Shown in pieces: positions 44,160 through 54,478 of a stretch of DNA of 64,000 nt. A program made the position numbers and the translations under genes. Location: assembly GCA_963666315.2 (NCBI GenBank), contig CAXXHG010000043.1:288001-352000 (forward strand). Direction: 5' to 3'. The stretch is from Candidatus Binatia bacterium. Lineage in GTDB: Bacteria; Desulfobacterota; Binatia; Bin18. The notes under the pieces were generated by a model. That model saw nothing but the letters and a program-made list of their open reading frames with translations, did not search any database and was not told the origin of the DNA. Positions within the stretch are counted from its first letter, which is position 1; the number at the start of each line of letters is the position of its first letter.

Positions 44160-46075
44160 ATGACCATCTTTATTGCCTCCATTCTCTCCTTGATGGCTAT
44201 GCTGTGGGCCTTGGGCTGGTATGCCAAGCGCTGGGTCCATACCGACAGTGACTATCTCCTGGCCGGGAGACAGGTCAGTCTGATTCCCGGTATCGCCAGC
44301 ATCTGCGGGATCGCTTTTGCGGGCAGCATGACGAGCATCATCCCTGGCTTAACCGTCCAGTACGGCTTTCTCGGCTGGATCTTAGGCGGCAGTCTGCCCT
44401 TGGTGATTGGCTATATTTTGTATGGCGTCTTCGCCTGTCCCTATATCCGACGCTGTGGGGCGTACACGATTCCTGAGTGGCTGGAAATGCGATTTGATAC
44501 CCGCACTCGTGTGGTGGTGAGCATTGCCACGCTGCTCGGTGTCACCGGTATTGTGGCCATGAACGTTGTCGCCATGGCGTTCATTATGCAGGGCTTTCTT
44601 GACGCTCCGCTGTGGCTCATGATTACTATTGTCCTGGCTGGGCATCTGGCATTTATTTTCATGGGTGGTCTGTGGGCGCTCACCCTGACCGATGTCGTTC
44701 AGGTCCTGCTGGGGTTTCTCTTCCTGCCAGCGCTGGCGGTGTACTGTCTCGTCACTTTTGGCGGCTGGGAGCTGATTAAGACGCAGTTTGTCAGCCCGAC
44801 TCCCCTGTCAGCCGGCCTGCTGGGACCTTTTCCTTGGTTCCAGTTGAGCTATCCGAGCGTACTCACCGCCACGCTGTTGCTGTGCATCTTCATCCAATGG
44901 GCGGGAACTATTACTGGCTGCGCGCCGCTGCTGCACGCACAGAACCGGTCGCGCAGTGGCAATTTATTATCGGCGGACTGCTCGTGCTCATCATCCATGG
45001 TTCTATGGGCGTGCTTGGCCTATACGCGGGCAGTGTGTACCGCGAGGCATTTCTCGATAGTGCGAACCCGGCCAACCCAATGAGCGCGTATGGTCTCCTG
45101 ATGCGGGATTTTCCTGCAGGCATCGCATTATTAGGTTTGGTTGCCGCACTTGCCGCGACGATCTCAACCACGAGCAATGCGCATATGGGCATCACGTCAA
45201 CGCTGGCGCGTGATATCTATCAGCGCTTTATCCGCCCCAACGCCACGCCAGAAGCGGTGCTGCAAACGAGCCGCATTCTCACCCTGCTCAGCGGCATTGT
45301 CATATGGCTGCTGTGTTTCTACCCAGGCGGGCCGTATTTTCTCCTGGGCGTGAGTTGCGCCATGCTCGGTCCGACGGCTTTTGTTTTTCTGCTCGGGCAT
45401 CGTTGGACGTATATCACCTCTGCTGGAGCGTTTTGGAGTACGCTGGTCGGGGCAGTGGCGATGCTTGTATACGAAATCCTCAAACTGACCGGGGTACCCG
45501 TTGGATCGGTGCATACCGTTATTATCGGTACCGTCATCACGCTGCCGACCGTACTCGGCGTGTCTTTCTTCACCCAACAAAAGCCGGACGGCACTCTTGC
45601 CGGAGACCAGTCACATACCGTCGCCCTCAGTCCCGATCAGCAGCGCCTGCTGAGGCTCATTCGCACCGGCTATACAACTATGGTCGAACTGAGCGACTTC
45701 ATGGCGCTGCATGCAGTCGGGTGTCATCGTCTCATCACAGAACTCGAACGCATAGGCCTGATCCAGCGCTGGGGATCACGTGGACTTGATTTTTTCACCT
45801 TTGCCTTAACGGCAAAAGGAGACGCCCACCTCTCCCAGTTCCCCAATTCGCCGGCCGGTTTTGTGACGCAAGACGCGGATAGCCGTACCGTTCTGGAGCA
45901 GCTCAAACACGAAGCCAAAAATCTCCAGACGCTGAGTACGACCACGGGAATGGCCCCGTCGATGCTCAGCGTGGTCGTCAATCGGCTCGACCAGCTCGGC
46001 TATGTGAGCGGGTCTGGCATATGGCAACGGACCATCACCCTGTCAGAAAAAGGGCGCGTGCTGGTGTCCCCCTAA
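44160..46075 (+). CDS. Sodium:solute symporter (SSS/SLC5) fused to two C-terminal winged-helix domains; one frameshift at ~44900
   Basis: DYLLAGR, TIPEWLEMRFD, GGLWALTLTDVVQ, LAATIST, RDIYQRFIRP; one extra G in TGGGCGGG gives IQWGGNYY and joins the two ORFs. Confidence 0.85.
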
Positions 46076-46156
46076 TGCGCACCGATCGTACCCCACAAGC
46101 ACGAAAAAACGGCTAAAAAAACCTGTATCGAACAAATTGAAAAAGAGGGAACGCCG

Positions 46157-47269
46157 ATGTCTCACACTATTGTCGATACCATACTGCCAACAACCATGGT
46201 GGGCTCTTATCCCCGACCGCACTGGTTTACCTATCAGCTCCACGGGCGAGATATTTGGGATGCATTCAAGGACGTCAACCACGCCGAAGCCTTTGAAGAT
46301 GCCGTGCGGACCGTGCTGCGAGACCAAGAGCAGGCCGGTCTCGACATTCTCACCGACGGCCAGATGTGGTTCGACGACTACGGCGGCTGCATTGGGTCCT
46401 TTGTGTGGTATTGGTACGAACGCATTCACGGCTTTGTCCCGGTCAAACATAGCCATCCGCTTGTCGAAGGCGGGAATGTGTCACAAAACGATGCCGCCTG
46501 GTTAACCGACTGGGGCGCAACATCGGTAACAGACACAGTCAGACGCGGACCGCTGCGGTTGGCCGACCTATACCATATCGCCCAACGTAATACGCATAAG
46601 CCGGTGCGGTGTAGCGTGGGAGCCGGACCGATTAACCTCACCTATCATGTCCATCTCGAACACTACAAAACCCAGAAAGATCTCGCCTACGCTTTGGTGC
46701 CTATCTTTAATGCTGAGATGAAAGAAATGGTGGCCGGCGGGGCGACCTTCTTACAATTAGAAGACCTTGGAGTGTGGCTGCCCGTGTTGAGCGGGAATAC
46801 CGATGACTTTGACTGGGTAGTGGACGTCATCAATAAAACCGTTGACGGCGTTGAAGCGAAGCTCTCGTTGCATTTCTGCTTTGGCGCCGCATGGGGCAAT
46901 ACCTCACGAGGCTTATTCCCGTCAGACGCAGGCTATGGTTCTCTCTTACCGCATCTGCATGACATACAGATTGAACAGTATGTGCTCGACTTTGCCGTCC
47001 GAGAAATGGAAGATGCGCATATTCTGAAAGACCTTCCCCAGGACAAAGAAGTCGCCGTGGGTGTCATTGATGTGCGCAACCTTCAGATTGAAACACCCGA
47101 ACAAGTCGCACAACGCATCCGTAAGGTGCTCAAGTTCATCCAGCCGGAACGCCTCACCCTCACCACCGACTGCGGTCTGCGTGCTCTGCCCCGCTTCTGT
47201 GCCTATAATAAACTGCGCGCCATGGTTGAAGGCGCACGGATAGTTCGAGCTGAGATTGCAGGCGGCTAA
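46157..47269 (+). CDS. Cobalamin-independent methionine synthase catalytic-domain family Zn enzyme (resembles epoxyalkane:CoM transferase)
   Basis: LPTTMVGSYPRP, DQEQAGLDILTDG, HFC, GVIDV, TTDCGL. Confidence 0.88.
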   Translation: MSHTIVDTILPTTMVGSYPRPHWFTYQLHGRDIWDAFKDVNHAEAFEDAVRTVLRDQEQAGLDILTDGQMWFDDYGGCIGSFVWYWYERIHGFVPVKHSHPLVEGGNVSQNDAAWLTDWGATSVTDTVRRGPLRLADLYHIAQRNTHKPVRCSVGAGPINLTYHVHLEHYKTQKDLAYALVPIFNAEMKEMVAGGATFLQLEDLGVWLPVLSGNTDDFDWVVDVINKTVDGVEAKLSLHFCFGAAWGNTSRGLFPSDAGYGSLLPHLHDIQIEQYVLDFAVREMEDAHILKDLPQDKEVAVGVIDVRNLQIETPEQVAQRIRKVLKFIQPERLTLTTDCGLRALPRFCAYNKLRAMVEGARIVRAEIAGG

Positions 47270-47328
47270 GAAGAGACCGCCGGTGTGAAAAAGCCACCGG
47301 CAATCACTAAGAGCTGCGCCTTGAGTGG

Positions 47329-48186
47329 CTAACAGAACGATAGGCTGGCTGGTGTTGTGTTTCCATTGTGCGACACGCGGGTTGGTGCAACGTTTTTTGA
47401 CGCAATCTTAATATGCCAGGGTTCAAAGCGTACGCCGAACAGATTGTTTTTCGGATATCGAATTTCAATATACCCAAAGGCCGCCAATTGTTTGAACACC
47501 TCCGTCTTGGCAAACTCGGAGGTAAAATTTCGCCCACCGAGGCCCTGCTCGCCTACATCAAAATCGCCGATGGCATGATACGAATAGCCCGGTGGGGCAA
47601 GCGAACGGAAGGCCATAGACAGATTCCCCCGTGTCTGGGCTACCTTGGCGAGAAACAGATGGGTCTGTTTAATAATCCCGCGGACGCCGGACGTGAGCAG
47701 CAGCTGGTCGCCGATGACGTACTGAATTTCTCGATACTCGCTAGTCGCCTCCTCATAAAAGATACGTTCCAAAAAATCGATCTCACGGCGCGGAAAGCGC
47801 CCCACTCGGGAATAGCGACGGGCCACGCGGAGGGCATGATCAAAACCGAGGATTTGAAAATTCCCGTGTCCGACTATGACTTGTAACCGGCCTAAACGCC
47901 CCACAACACTATGCAGGAGTGTACGCTCGCTCAGACTCAGGTGTATGTCGGACGGGTGGGGCCGGTTAAAGCGGGTAAGCTTTTGGAAATACTCTTGGCC
48001 GTATTGTTGTTTTGCCGCAAGCTGGCGTCCGGAGGATAGGTGTCCGGAGGACAGATTCAGAGAAGGACCGAGCGGTCCTTCTCTGAGGCCGCCATCCACA
48101 GCGTTGAGGGACACGTGGACAAACCAGGCTTCCCCTATGGCCACCACCCCGCCTACCACCGCCTTCAAAAAACCACGTCTTTCCAT
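47329..48186 (-). CDS. M15-family D-Ala-D-Ala carboxypeptidase with Tat signal, probably internally deleted
   Basis: RRGFLK, LTSGVRG, APPGYSYHAIGDFD, FEPWHI. Confidence 0.82.
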   Translation of the reverse strand: MERRGFLKAVVGGVVAIGEAWFVHVSLNAVDGGLREGPLGPSLNLSSGHLSSGRQLAAKQQYGQEYFQKLTRFNRPHPSDIHLSLSERTLLHSVVGRLGRLQVIVGHGNFQILGFDHALRVARRYSRVGRFPRREIDFLERIFYEEATSEYREIQYVIGDQLLLTSGVRGIIKQTHLFLAKVAQTRGNLSMAFRSLAPPGYSYHAIGDFDVGEQGLGGRNFTSEFAKTEVFKQLAAFGYIEIRYPKNNLFGVRFEPWHIKIASKNVAPTRVSHNGNTTPASLSFC

Positions 48187-48505
48187 ACAGGTAACGGCCG
48201 CAGCACGTCAGAATATTCTGGAGCAGCCCACTATGCAGGGGAGTTCTGCAGTCCGGAAATTCTACGTTTCCCTCTTTCTGTCCCAGTAATTTGCTATCGT
48301 AATAGCACAGTGTCCAGTCTCCCAGGTCCTTTTCCTGACAGGCTCTCTGCTTTTGTTCAAAATTGGCGACTCATTTGGCGACCACTCAAGAGCCGCATCA
48401 ACTCCCTCGGGCAAAGACAGAACAGATATCGTCCTGTACTCTTATTCAGTGTGACATGATGAGGATCACTTCAAAACAGTCATGCTGGTGAAGGAGAAAT
48501 AACTT

Positions 48506-49441
48506 ATGGCAACAAGTACTATTCCGTGCGGTATTTCTGTTCCTCAAGTCTTTCCCGACACACCGCTTGACACTCCGCTTGATATGGCCTTCATCCGGAA
48601 TTTCGTCCAACGGGCCGAAGCCCTAGAGTATGAAAGTCTGTGGGTGCAAGAGACGATTGTCAGCGACTACCCCATTCTCGAACCAGTCAGTCTGCTCAAC
48701 TATATTGCCGCCCTCACCTCAAAAGCGCGGCTGGGCACGTCCGTCCTATTGACGGTCCTGCGGAATCCAGTCCAGCTGGCCAAAAGCCTCTCGAGTTTAG
48801 ATCACATGAGCGCCGGCCGGCTCACGGTCGGTGTCGGCATAGGTGGCCACGTCCCGGAATCCATCTTTGGTTATACGAGCGAACTCCGCGCGCGACGGTT
48901 TGTTGAGGGCATCAAGGCCATGAAAGCCCTCTGGACGGAACCCAAAGCCACAGTCAGCGGGACGTTCTGGAATTTTGCAAATATCGCTATGGAACCCAAG
49001 CCGATCCAGAAACCCCATCCTCCGATCTGGTTTGGCGCGCGCCAGGAAAAGCCGCTCAAACGGGCAGTCCGGCATGGCGATGGCTGGATGGGTGCCGGTT
49101 CATCCTCAACCCAAGATTTTGTCAAGCAAATACACATGCTGCGCCAATTCCTGGACGAAGCCGGCCGTGACCCGGCAACGTTTACGATCTCGAAACGGGT
49201 CTATGTCGCCATTGATAATGACCGCGATCGGGCTGAACGGCGCCTGCGGGCATGGTTTGGCGTGCGGTATAAAAATGCAGACATGGCCTCGCAAGTGTCT
49301 GTCTGGGGCAGCCTGGATGAGTGTCGTAACAAGCTCGGCGAGGTCGTCCAGGCCGGGGCGCAGCACCTCTTACTCAATCCGGCTTTTGACGACATGGAAC
49401 ACCTGGAGCTTCTGGCGAAAGAGGTTATTCCGCATCTCTAA
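48506..49441 (+). CDS. LLM-class flavin-dependent oxidoreductase
   Basis: AEALEYESLWVQE, RLGTSVL, PKPIQKPHPPIWFG, RHGDGWM. Confidence 0.93.
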   Translation: MATSTIPCGISVPQVFPDTPLDTPLDMAFIRNFVQRAEALEYESLWVQETIVSDYPILEPVSLLNYIAALTSKARLGTSVLLTVLRNPVQLAKSLSSLDHMSAGRLTVGVGIGGHVPESIFGYTSELRARRFVEGIKAMKALWTEPKATVSGTFWNFANIAMEPKPIQKPHPPIWFGARQEKPLKRAVRHGDGWMGAGSSSTQDFVKQIHMLRQFLDEAGRDPATFTISKRVYVAIDNDRDRAERRLRAWFGVRYKNADMASQVSVWGSLDECRNKLGEVVQAGAQHLLLNPAFDDMEHLELLAKEVIPHL

Positions 49442-49600
49442 AGTCCCAGGGAAACGCGGGCAGAGCATCTCCTTCTCAAGCCTCGTCCTCCGAAGCAATA
49501 GTTTGCTCCGAGTTCAGGTTTCCGTGTAGCAAGGGGAAGAATCCCCTTTTCTTTGTCCACATTTTCTGTCACAGGGTATGTCGCGAGGAGGACATCCAGC

Positions 49601-50830
49601 ATGATCACGATGAATGAACACTACCTCAAGCTTCAGGCATCTTATCTGTTTTCCGATATTGCCAAGCGCGTCAACGACTACCAAGCCAACAATCCAGACC
49701 AAACCATCATTCGGTTAGGGATCGGGGATGTGACCCGTGCCCTGCCGGACGCCTGTATCACCGCCTTTCACAAAGCCGTTGATGAAATGGCCGACGATGC
49801 CACTTTTCGTGGGTATGGACCCGAGCTGGGTTATGACTTTTTGCAAGAAGCCATTGTTGCTGGAGATTTCCAGCCACGCGGCGTCGACCTGACCCCGGAT
49901 GAAATCTTTGTGAGCGACGGTGCGAAGTGTGATTCCGGGAATTTCCAAGAACTTTTTTCTGCGGATATTCGCATTGCCGTTCCGGACCCGGTCTACCCGA
50001 CCTATGTCGATACCAATGTCATGGCAGGGCGAACGGCAGCCTGGAAAGACGGCCGATATGAGGGACTCGTCTACCTTGAGTCCACACAGGCCAACAATTA
50101 TGTCCCGGACTTACCCCAGGAAAAAGTAGACCTGATCTATCTGTGTTTTCCTAATAATCCAACCGGCAGCATGGTGACCAAAGACCAGCTATGTCCTTGG
50201 GTAGAGTACGCGCGCGCAAACAAAGCCCTCATTCTGTACGATGCCGCCTATGTGGAATTTATCCGTGACGACAGTTTGCCGCACAGCATTTATGAAATCG
50301 ACGGAGCCAAAGACGTGGCCGTAGAATTCCGGAGCTTGTCAAAAACTGCCGGCTTTACGGGTACGCGGTGTGCCTACACAATCGTACCAAAAGCGTGTCG
50401 GGTATATGATACGCGAGGCAATACCCATGCGCTTCATGCACTCTGGGATCGGCGTCAATCAACGAAGTTCAATAGTGTCTCTTACCCCGTCCAGCGCGCG
50501 GCTGAGGCAGCGTTCTCGCCCGAAGGAAAAGCCCAGGTCCGTGAACTGAGTGACTATTATCTCGGTAACGCCGCCTTGATTCGGGAGACTGTCAACAGGC
50601 TGGGCTACCAATCTGTCGGCGGCCAACACTCGCCCTACGTATGGATCAAAACCGATACGGACTCGTGGCAGTTCTTCGATCTGTTGATGCAGAAAGCCGG
50701 CGTGGTGTGCACGCCGGGATCCGGGTTCGGCAAGTGCGGTGAAGGCTATGTGCGACTCAGTTCTTTTAATAGTCGAGAAAACGTTGAGACTGCGCTGCAG
50801 CGAATCTCAGCCGCGCTTGGTAAAGCATAG
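49601..50830 (+). CDS. dapL: LL-diaminopimelate aminotransferase
   Basis: SYLFSDI, LGIGDVT, SDGAKCD, PNNPTG, SLSKTAGFTGTRC. Confidence 0.97.
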   Translation: MITMNEHYLKLQASYLFSDIAKRVNDYQANNPDQTIIRLGIGDVTRALPDACITAFHKAVDEMADDATFRGYGPELGYDFLQEAIVAGDFQPRGVDLTPDEIFVSDGAKCDSGNFQELFSADIRIAVPDPVYPTYVDTNVMAGRTAAWKDGRYEGLVYLESTQANNYVPDLPQEKVDLIYLCFPNNPTGSMVTKDQLCPWVEYARANKALILYDAAYVEFIRDDSLPHSIYEIDGAKDVAVEFRSLSKTAGFTGTRCAYTIVPKACRVYDTRGNTHALHALWDRRQSTKFNSVSYPVQRAAEAAFSPEGKAQVRELSDYYLGNAALIRETVNRLGYQSVGGQHSPYVWIKTDTDSWQFFDLLMQKAGVVCTPGSGFGKCGEGYVRLSSFNSRENVETALQRISAALGKA

Positions 50831-50840
50831 ACGCAGGGAG

Positions 50841-50864
50841 AGGGCAGCCGAGACGCCCTTTTTT
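50841..50864 (+). terminator. Putative terminator after dapL
   Basis: AGGGC...GCCCT hairpin followed by a T run. Confidence 0.5.
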
Positions 50865-50881
50865 CTGTGTAGGCAAGAGGT

Positions 50882-51412
50882 ATGCATTATCTCTTTACCT
50901 GGGAAACAGGCCATCCGACGCTGGACGTCCGGCTCCGGCAGGCCAGGCAACACTGGGAAGAATTGACGCTCGGCACTAACCCCGCAGCCAAGCGCGAACT
51001 CTCCCAGCTTTCCCACTCTGCCCAACCTGCTCTACCCATTCCGCCGAGCTGGATGGCAACATTCTACCTCTTGCCGTATCCAGAGCAGATTCTCCTGGCC
51101 TTTGTCTGGCTGCACTGGTGGCAGCAGTCAGCAGAAGAGGAAGCAGGCTTTGGGGGCTGGTTGATTCAGGGACCAGGACTCGTGTTGAACCACGTTTCTC
51201 TCCTCAAGGTACTGACGGAACAACAGCCCGGCATTCTCGGCAGCCTGCACGGATTCCTCGAAAAAATCGTCGAGCAGGCTGGGGACTGGAATGGCGACCG
51301 AGAAAGTTACCCGCATATTGTCCAGCTCCTAGAAGAGCTCAACACCGAGTACCGCTCTCATATTCATGCCCGCGAATTATGGCCCGCCATCCTGCAGCTC
51401 ATACAAGACTAA
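50882..51412 (+). CDS. Hypothetical protein (176 aa)
   Basis: GAGG RBS, open 176-codon frame, no recognised motif. Confidence 0.6.
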   Translation: MHYLFTWETGHPTLDVRLRQARQHWEELTLGTNPAAKRELSQLSHSAQPALPIPPSWMATFYLLPYPEQILLAFVWLHWWQQSAEEEAGFGGWLIQGPGLVLNHVSLLKVLTEQQPGILGSLHGFLEKIVEQAGDWNGDRESYPHIVQLLEELNTEYRSHIHARELWPAILQLIQD

Positions 51413-51638
51413 TCATTATTACACTGTTGATAGGCGCCCCTCGTAGCAGCCCGTTCGCATGGACAGAGAGGAGCTGCAAGAGAGCATTGACCGCCTTGCT
51501 CGACATGCGGTATTTCTAGCAACCGCATTTCTTTTCCCGACCTACCAGAGGAAGGCTGTCTGAGAATGCCTGATGCGGCGGGGTATCCACCTATCCACCT
51601 GGGGTGGTGAGGCTGGTGAGGAATACAGAGGGGACCAG

Positions 51639-53291
51639 GTGAAACTTCGGACGCATCAGGAAGCCTTGCGCTCGTTGGTGATGGACCACATCGCCCACAA
51701 CACTATCCAAGGCCAACAGATTTGGGCTGAGGTCGAGCCGGGAGGAGGAAAAAGCTTGCTTCCCGTCTTAGCCTATGTCCCACTTCGCACTGCCGGTATC
51801 GTGGATAAAGTGCTGTGGGTCGTCCCACGCCGTCCGCTTGCCAGACAGGCAGTTGAATCCTTCCTCGAATCACAACACGCGCTCAAGCACGACTATGCGA
51901 TTCGGCAAGGAGGGAACCGCGCCAACCCAACCCGCGGTCTGGACGGCACAGTGGTGACCTATGATCTGCTGCGGCATGACGACAAAGGAATTTACCCCAA
52001 AGAGCTCCGCAAACACCGCTATCTTGTCTGCCTGGACGAGAGTCACCACTGCGCTGAGGGCGAAGTCTTGGCCCAGGCCGTTGACCCCCTCGTCCAGGCA
52101 GCCGTGGTCACGATTCAGATGAGCGGGACCTTCCAGCGCCATGACCGCAAGCCCTTGGCATGGGTTCCGTATACACGCGATGATCAAGGTGATTTGCATA
52201 CGGCATTCTCGGAGGCCACGCACATTCTGTACACCTTTGAGGACGCGCTCCAAGACCACGCGGTCGTCCATCCCTACTTCATTTTTTGCGATCGCGCGGC
52301 CCGTTGGCGCGATCTGAATACGGGTACCGATTTGTCCTTTGACAGCTTACACCAAGGCGGGCGAAGAGGTCTGAATATCGCCCTGCATAGTGGGTATGCC
52401 CGGCAGCTTCTGCTGACGGCGGTTGCCGGCTGGCAAGAATGGCAACAACGAGAACCCAACGCCCAGCTCCTGGTTGTGTGTGCCACCATCGGCCAAGCTA
52501 AGCGGGCGCTGGGGTGGCTGCAAACGGCCGACATCATGTCGAGTCAAATTGCCACGACGGACGAAACGAAAATGGCCCTGGCCACGATCCAAGAGTACCG
52601 TACAGGCAATCTGTGCGCTCTGGTGACTGTCGGCATGGCGTATGAGGGCCTTGATGTTCCAGGCATCACCCACTTAGCCTGTCTGACGCATATTCGTTCC
52701 ATTCCGTGGCTCAAACAAATGTTCGCACGCGCCGGCGGTTTAATCCCCGTTCCGCCTTGCCCTATGAGCACCAGGAATGGTCCTATTACGTACCTGAAGA
52801 CCTCCAGATGGGCCACGTGGTCTCCGGGCTGAAAGAGCAAATCAACGACATTCGGCCGCGATCTTACTCAAGCGGGCAATTCCAGAATCAACTGGTCCAA
52901 GCCGACCTTTTTGGACCGACGGCGGAACCGAAGCCGCCCGACTTTATCCCCCTCGACGGTCGTGTGACCGGAAGAAGGATAACCACCCTGCCAGAGGTTG
53001 AGGGTATCCTCGGCAACGGCACGTCGGCTAGGCAAAGTGAGCATATTGAGCCGCTCATAGCGCCGGACGATCAAGAGGTCCAATTACGTGAAGACATCGT
53101 CAGTTTGGTCAAGCAACAGGCGCATTATAATAGGGCGTTACACTGCAGCGCGCGGGAGCTCGCGAGAGGCGGCGCTCGAAATGAAACGGATTAACCCTAT
53201 GCTGCGCCAGCAATTCGGCAAGGCTCGTGCGCATATGACCCTTTCCGAGCTGCAGCAGCTCAAACGGCATCTCAGGCGGCTGGTCAAATAA
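51639..53291 (+). pseudogene. SF2 DEAD/DEAH (ResIII-like) helicase with two frameshifts (~52733, ~53145)
   Basis: EPGGGKS, DESHH, SGT, EGLDVP, QMFARA; C-terminus continues through ORFs 52706-53194 and 53088-53291. Confidence 0.82.
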
Positions 53292-53324
53292 GACACACTG
53301 TACACTCCGTCTTGTCCCATATGC

Positions 53325-53384
53325 CTGGATGCCTGCTTGCGCAGGTATGACACAAGAAAGACTGTCATGCCCGTGGAAACGGGA
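53325..53384. repeat. Pair of REP-like palindromic elements, the second interrupted by IS30
   Basis: CTGGATGCCTGCTTGCGCAGGTATGACA and TGTCATGCCCGTGGAAACGGGA; the ATCCAG completing the second lies at 54405. Confidence 0.7.
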
Positions 53385-53387
53385 CCG

Positions 53388-54400
53388 TGGATTCACATTT
53401 GAAGTGCAACAGTTGCTGTAAAAGAACCTCTGCAGGAGTGTGGCAGGCAAGACATTTTCGGGGTGTGTTGTTGTAGGCACGGATGAGGGCATTAAAGCGG
53501 TTTGTGCGCAGGCTGGCGAGGGCGGTGTTGCGCGGGATGGTTCGCCGCATGCGACCAAGGGCATTTTCAATGCCGCCCTTCTGCCACGGCTTATGGGGGT
53601 CGCAAAAGAAGGTCTGAATGGCCAGGGGATGCAATTGGTAGTGCTGGACGAACTCGGTGCCATTATCGAAGGTCAGGGTTTGGCGCAAGCTTGGGGCAAG
53701 GGTTTGAGGAGCTGGACCATCAGCCGGGCCATGGGCTGAGCCGCCTTGCTGGGCGGTCGGGCCGCGAGGAGGACCGGGGAGTGGCGTTCATGCATGGTCA
53801 GGATGGCCGGTCCGTAGTGGGCGAATACCATCAGAGCGGCTTCCCAGTGGCCGGGGACCTGGCGGTCGGTGGCGCAGGGCGGGCGGTCCGAGAGGGGCCG
53901 GCGGGCTTTCGAAGAAGCGGACCGGAGAGCCGCGCTTCTTGCCGCGCCCGCCGCGTTTGGATTTGGCGCGGGGCAGATAGAGCCGCCAGCGGTCATCCTT
54001 GGTGCGCGCCAGTTGTGCATAGAGAAACCGGTAGATGCTCTCGTGGCTGATCACCTGGCTGCCGGGCTCAACCGCCAGCCGGCCGGCCACCTGCTCCGGC
54101 GCCCAGGGCCTTGACGCGCAGCTCCTTCTTGCGTTCCAGCTTCGAGCCGTTCCACCTCCGGGCGCAAGCCTGCTGATCGGCATAGGCCGGGGTGTAGGCC
54201 CCCTGGGTGCCCTGGTTCCGCTTTATCTCGCGAGCAATGGTCGATGGCGCGCGATCCACAACTGCTGCAACTTGCCGGAGCGAGCTCCCCGCGCCTTGAA
54301 GACCGGCAATCTTCCACCGCTCCTCAACTGAAAGTTGTCTGTATCTCTTGTCCATGACAACACCTTATCCAGCTCGTGTTGCACTTGGTTTGTGAATCTA
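53388..54400 (-). mobile_element. IS30-family element with degraded transposase
   Basis: IRs TGGATTCACATTTGAAGTGCAACA and TAGATTCACAAACCAAGTGCAACA; RAPSTIAREIKRN, WAPEQVAG, GHWEA, TFDNGTEF, PWQKGGIEN, NNTPRKCL split over several frames. Confidence 0.93.
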
Positions 54401-54478
54401 GAGAATCCAGGGGAGAGGGGGCTCGTCCCGCATGAGTGGTGTCCTGGACTTCGCTTCGCTACCTCCAGGCTACACGAC

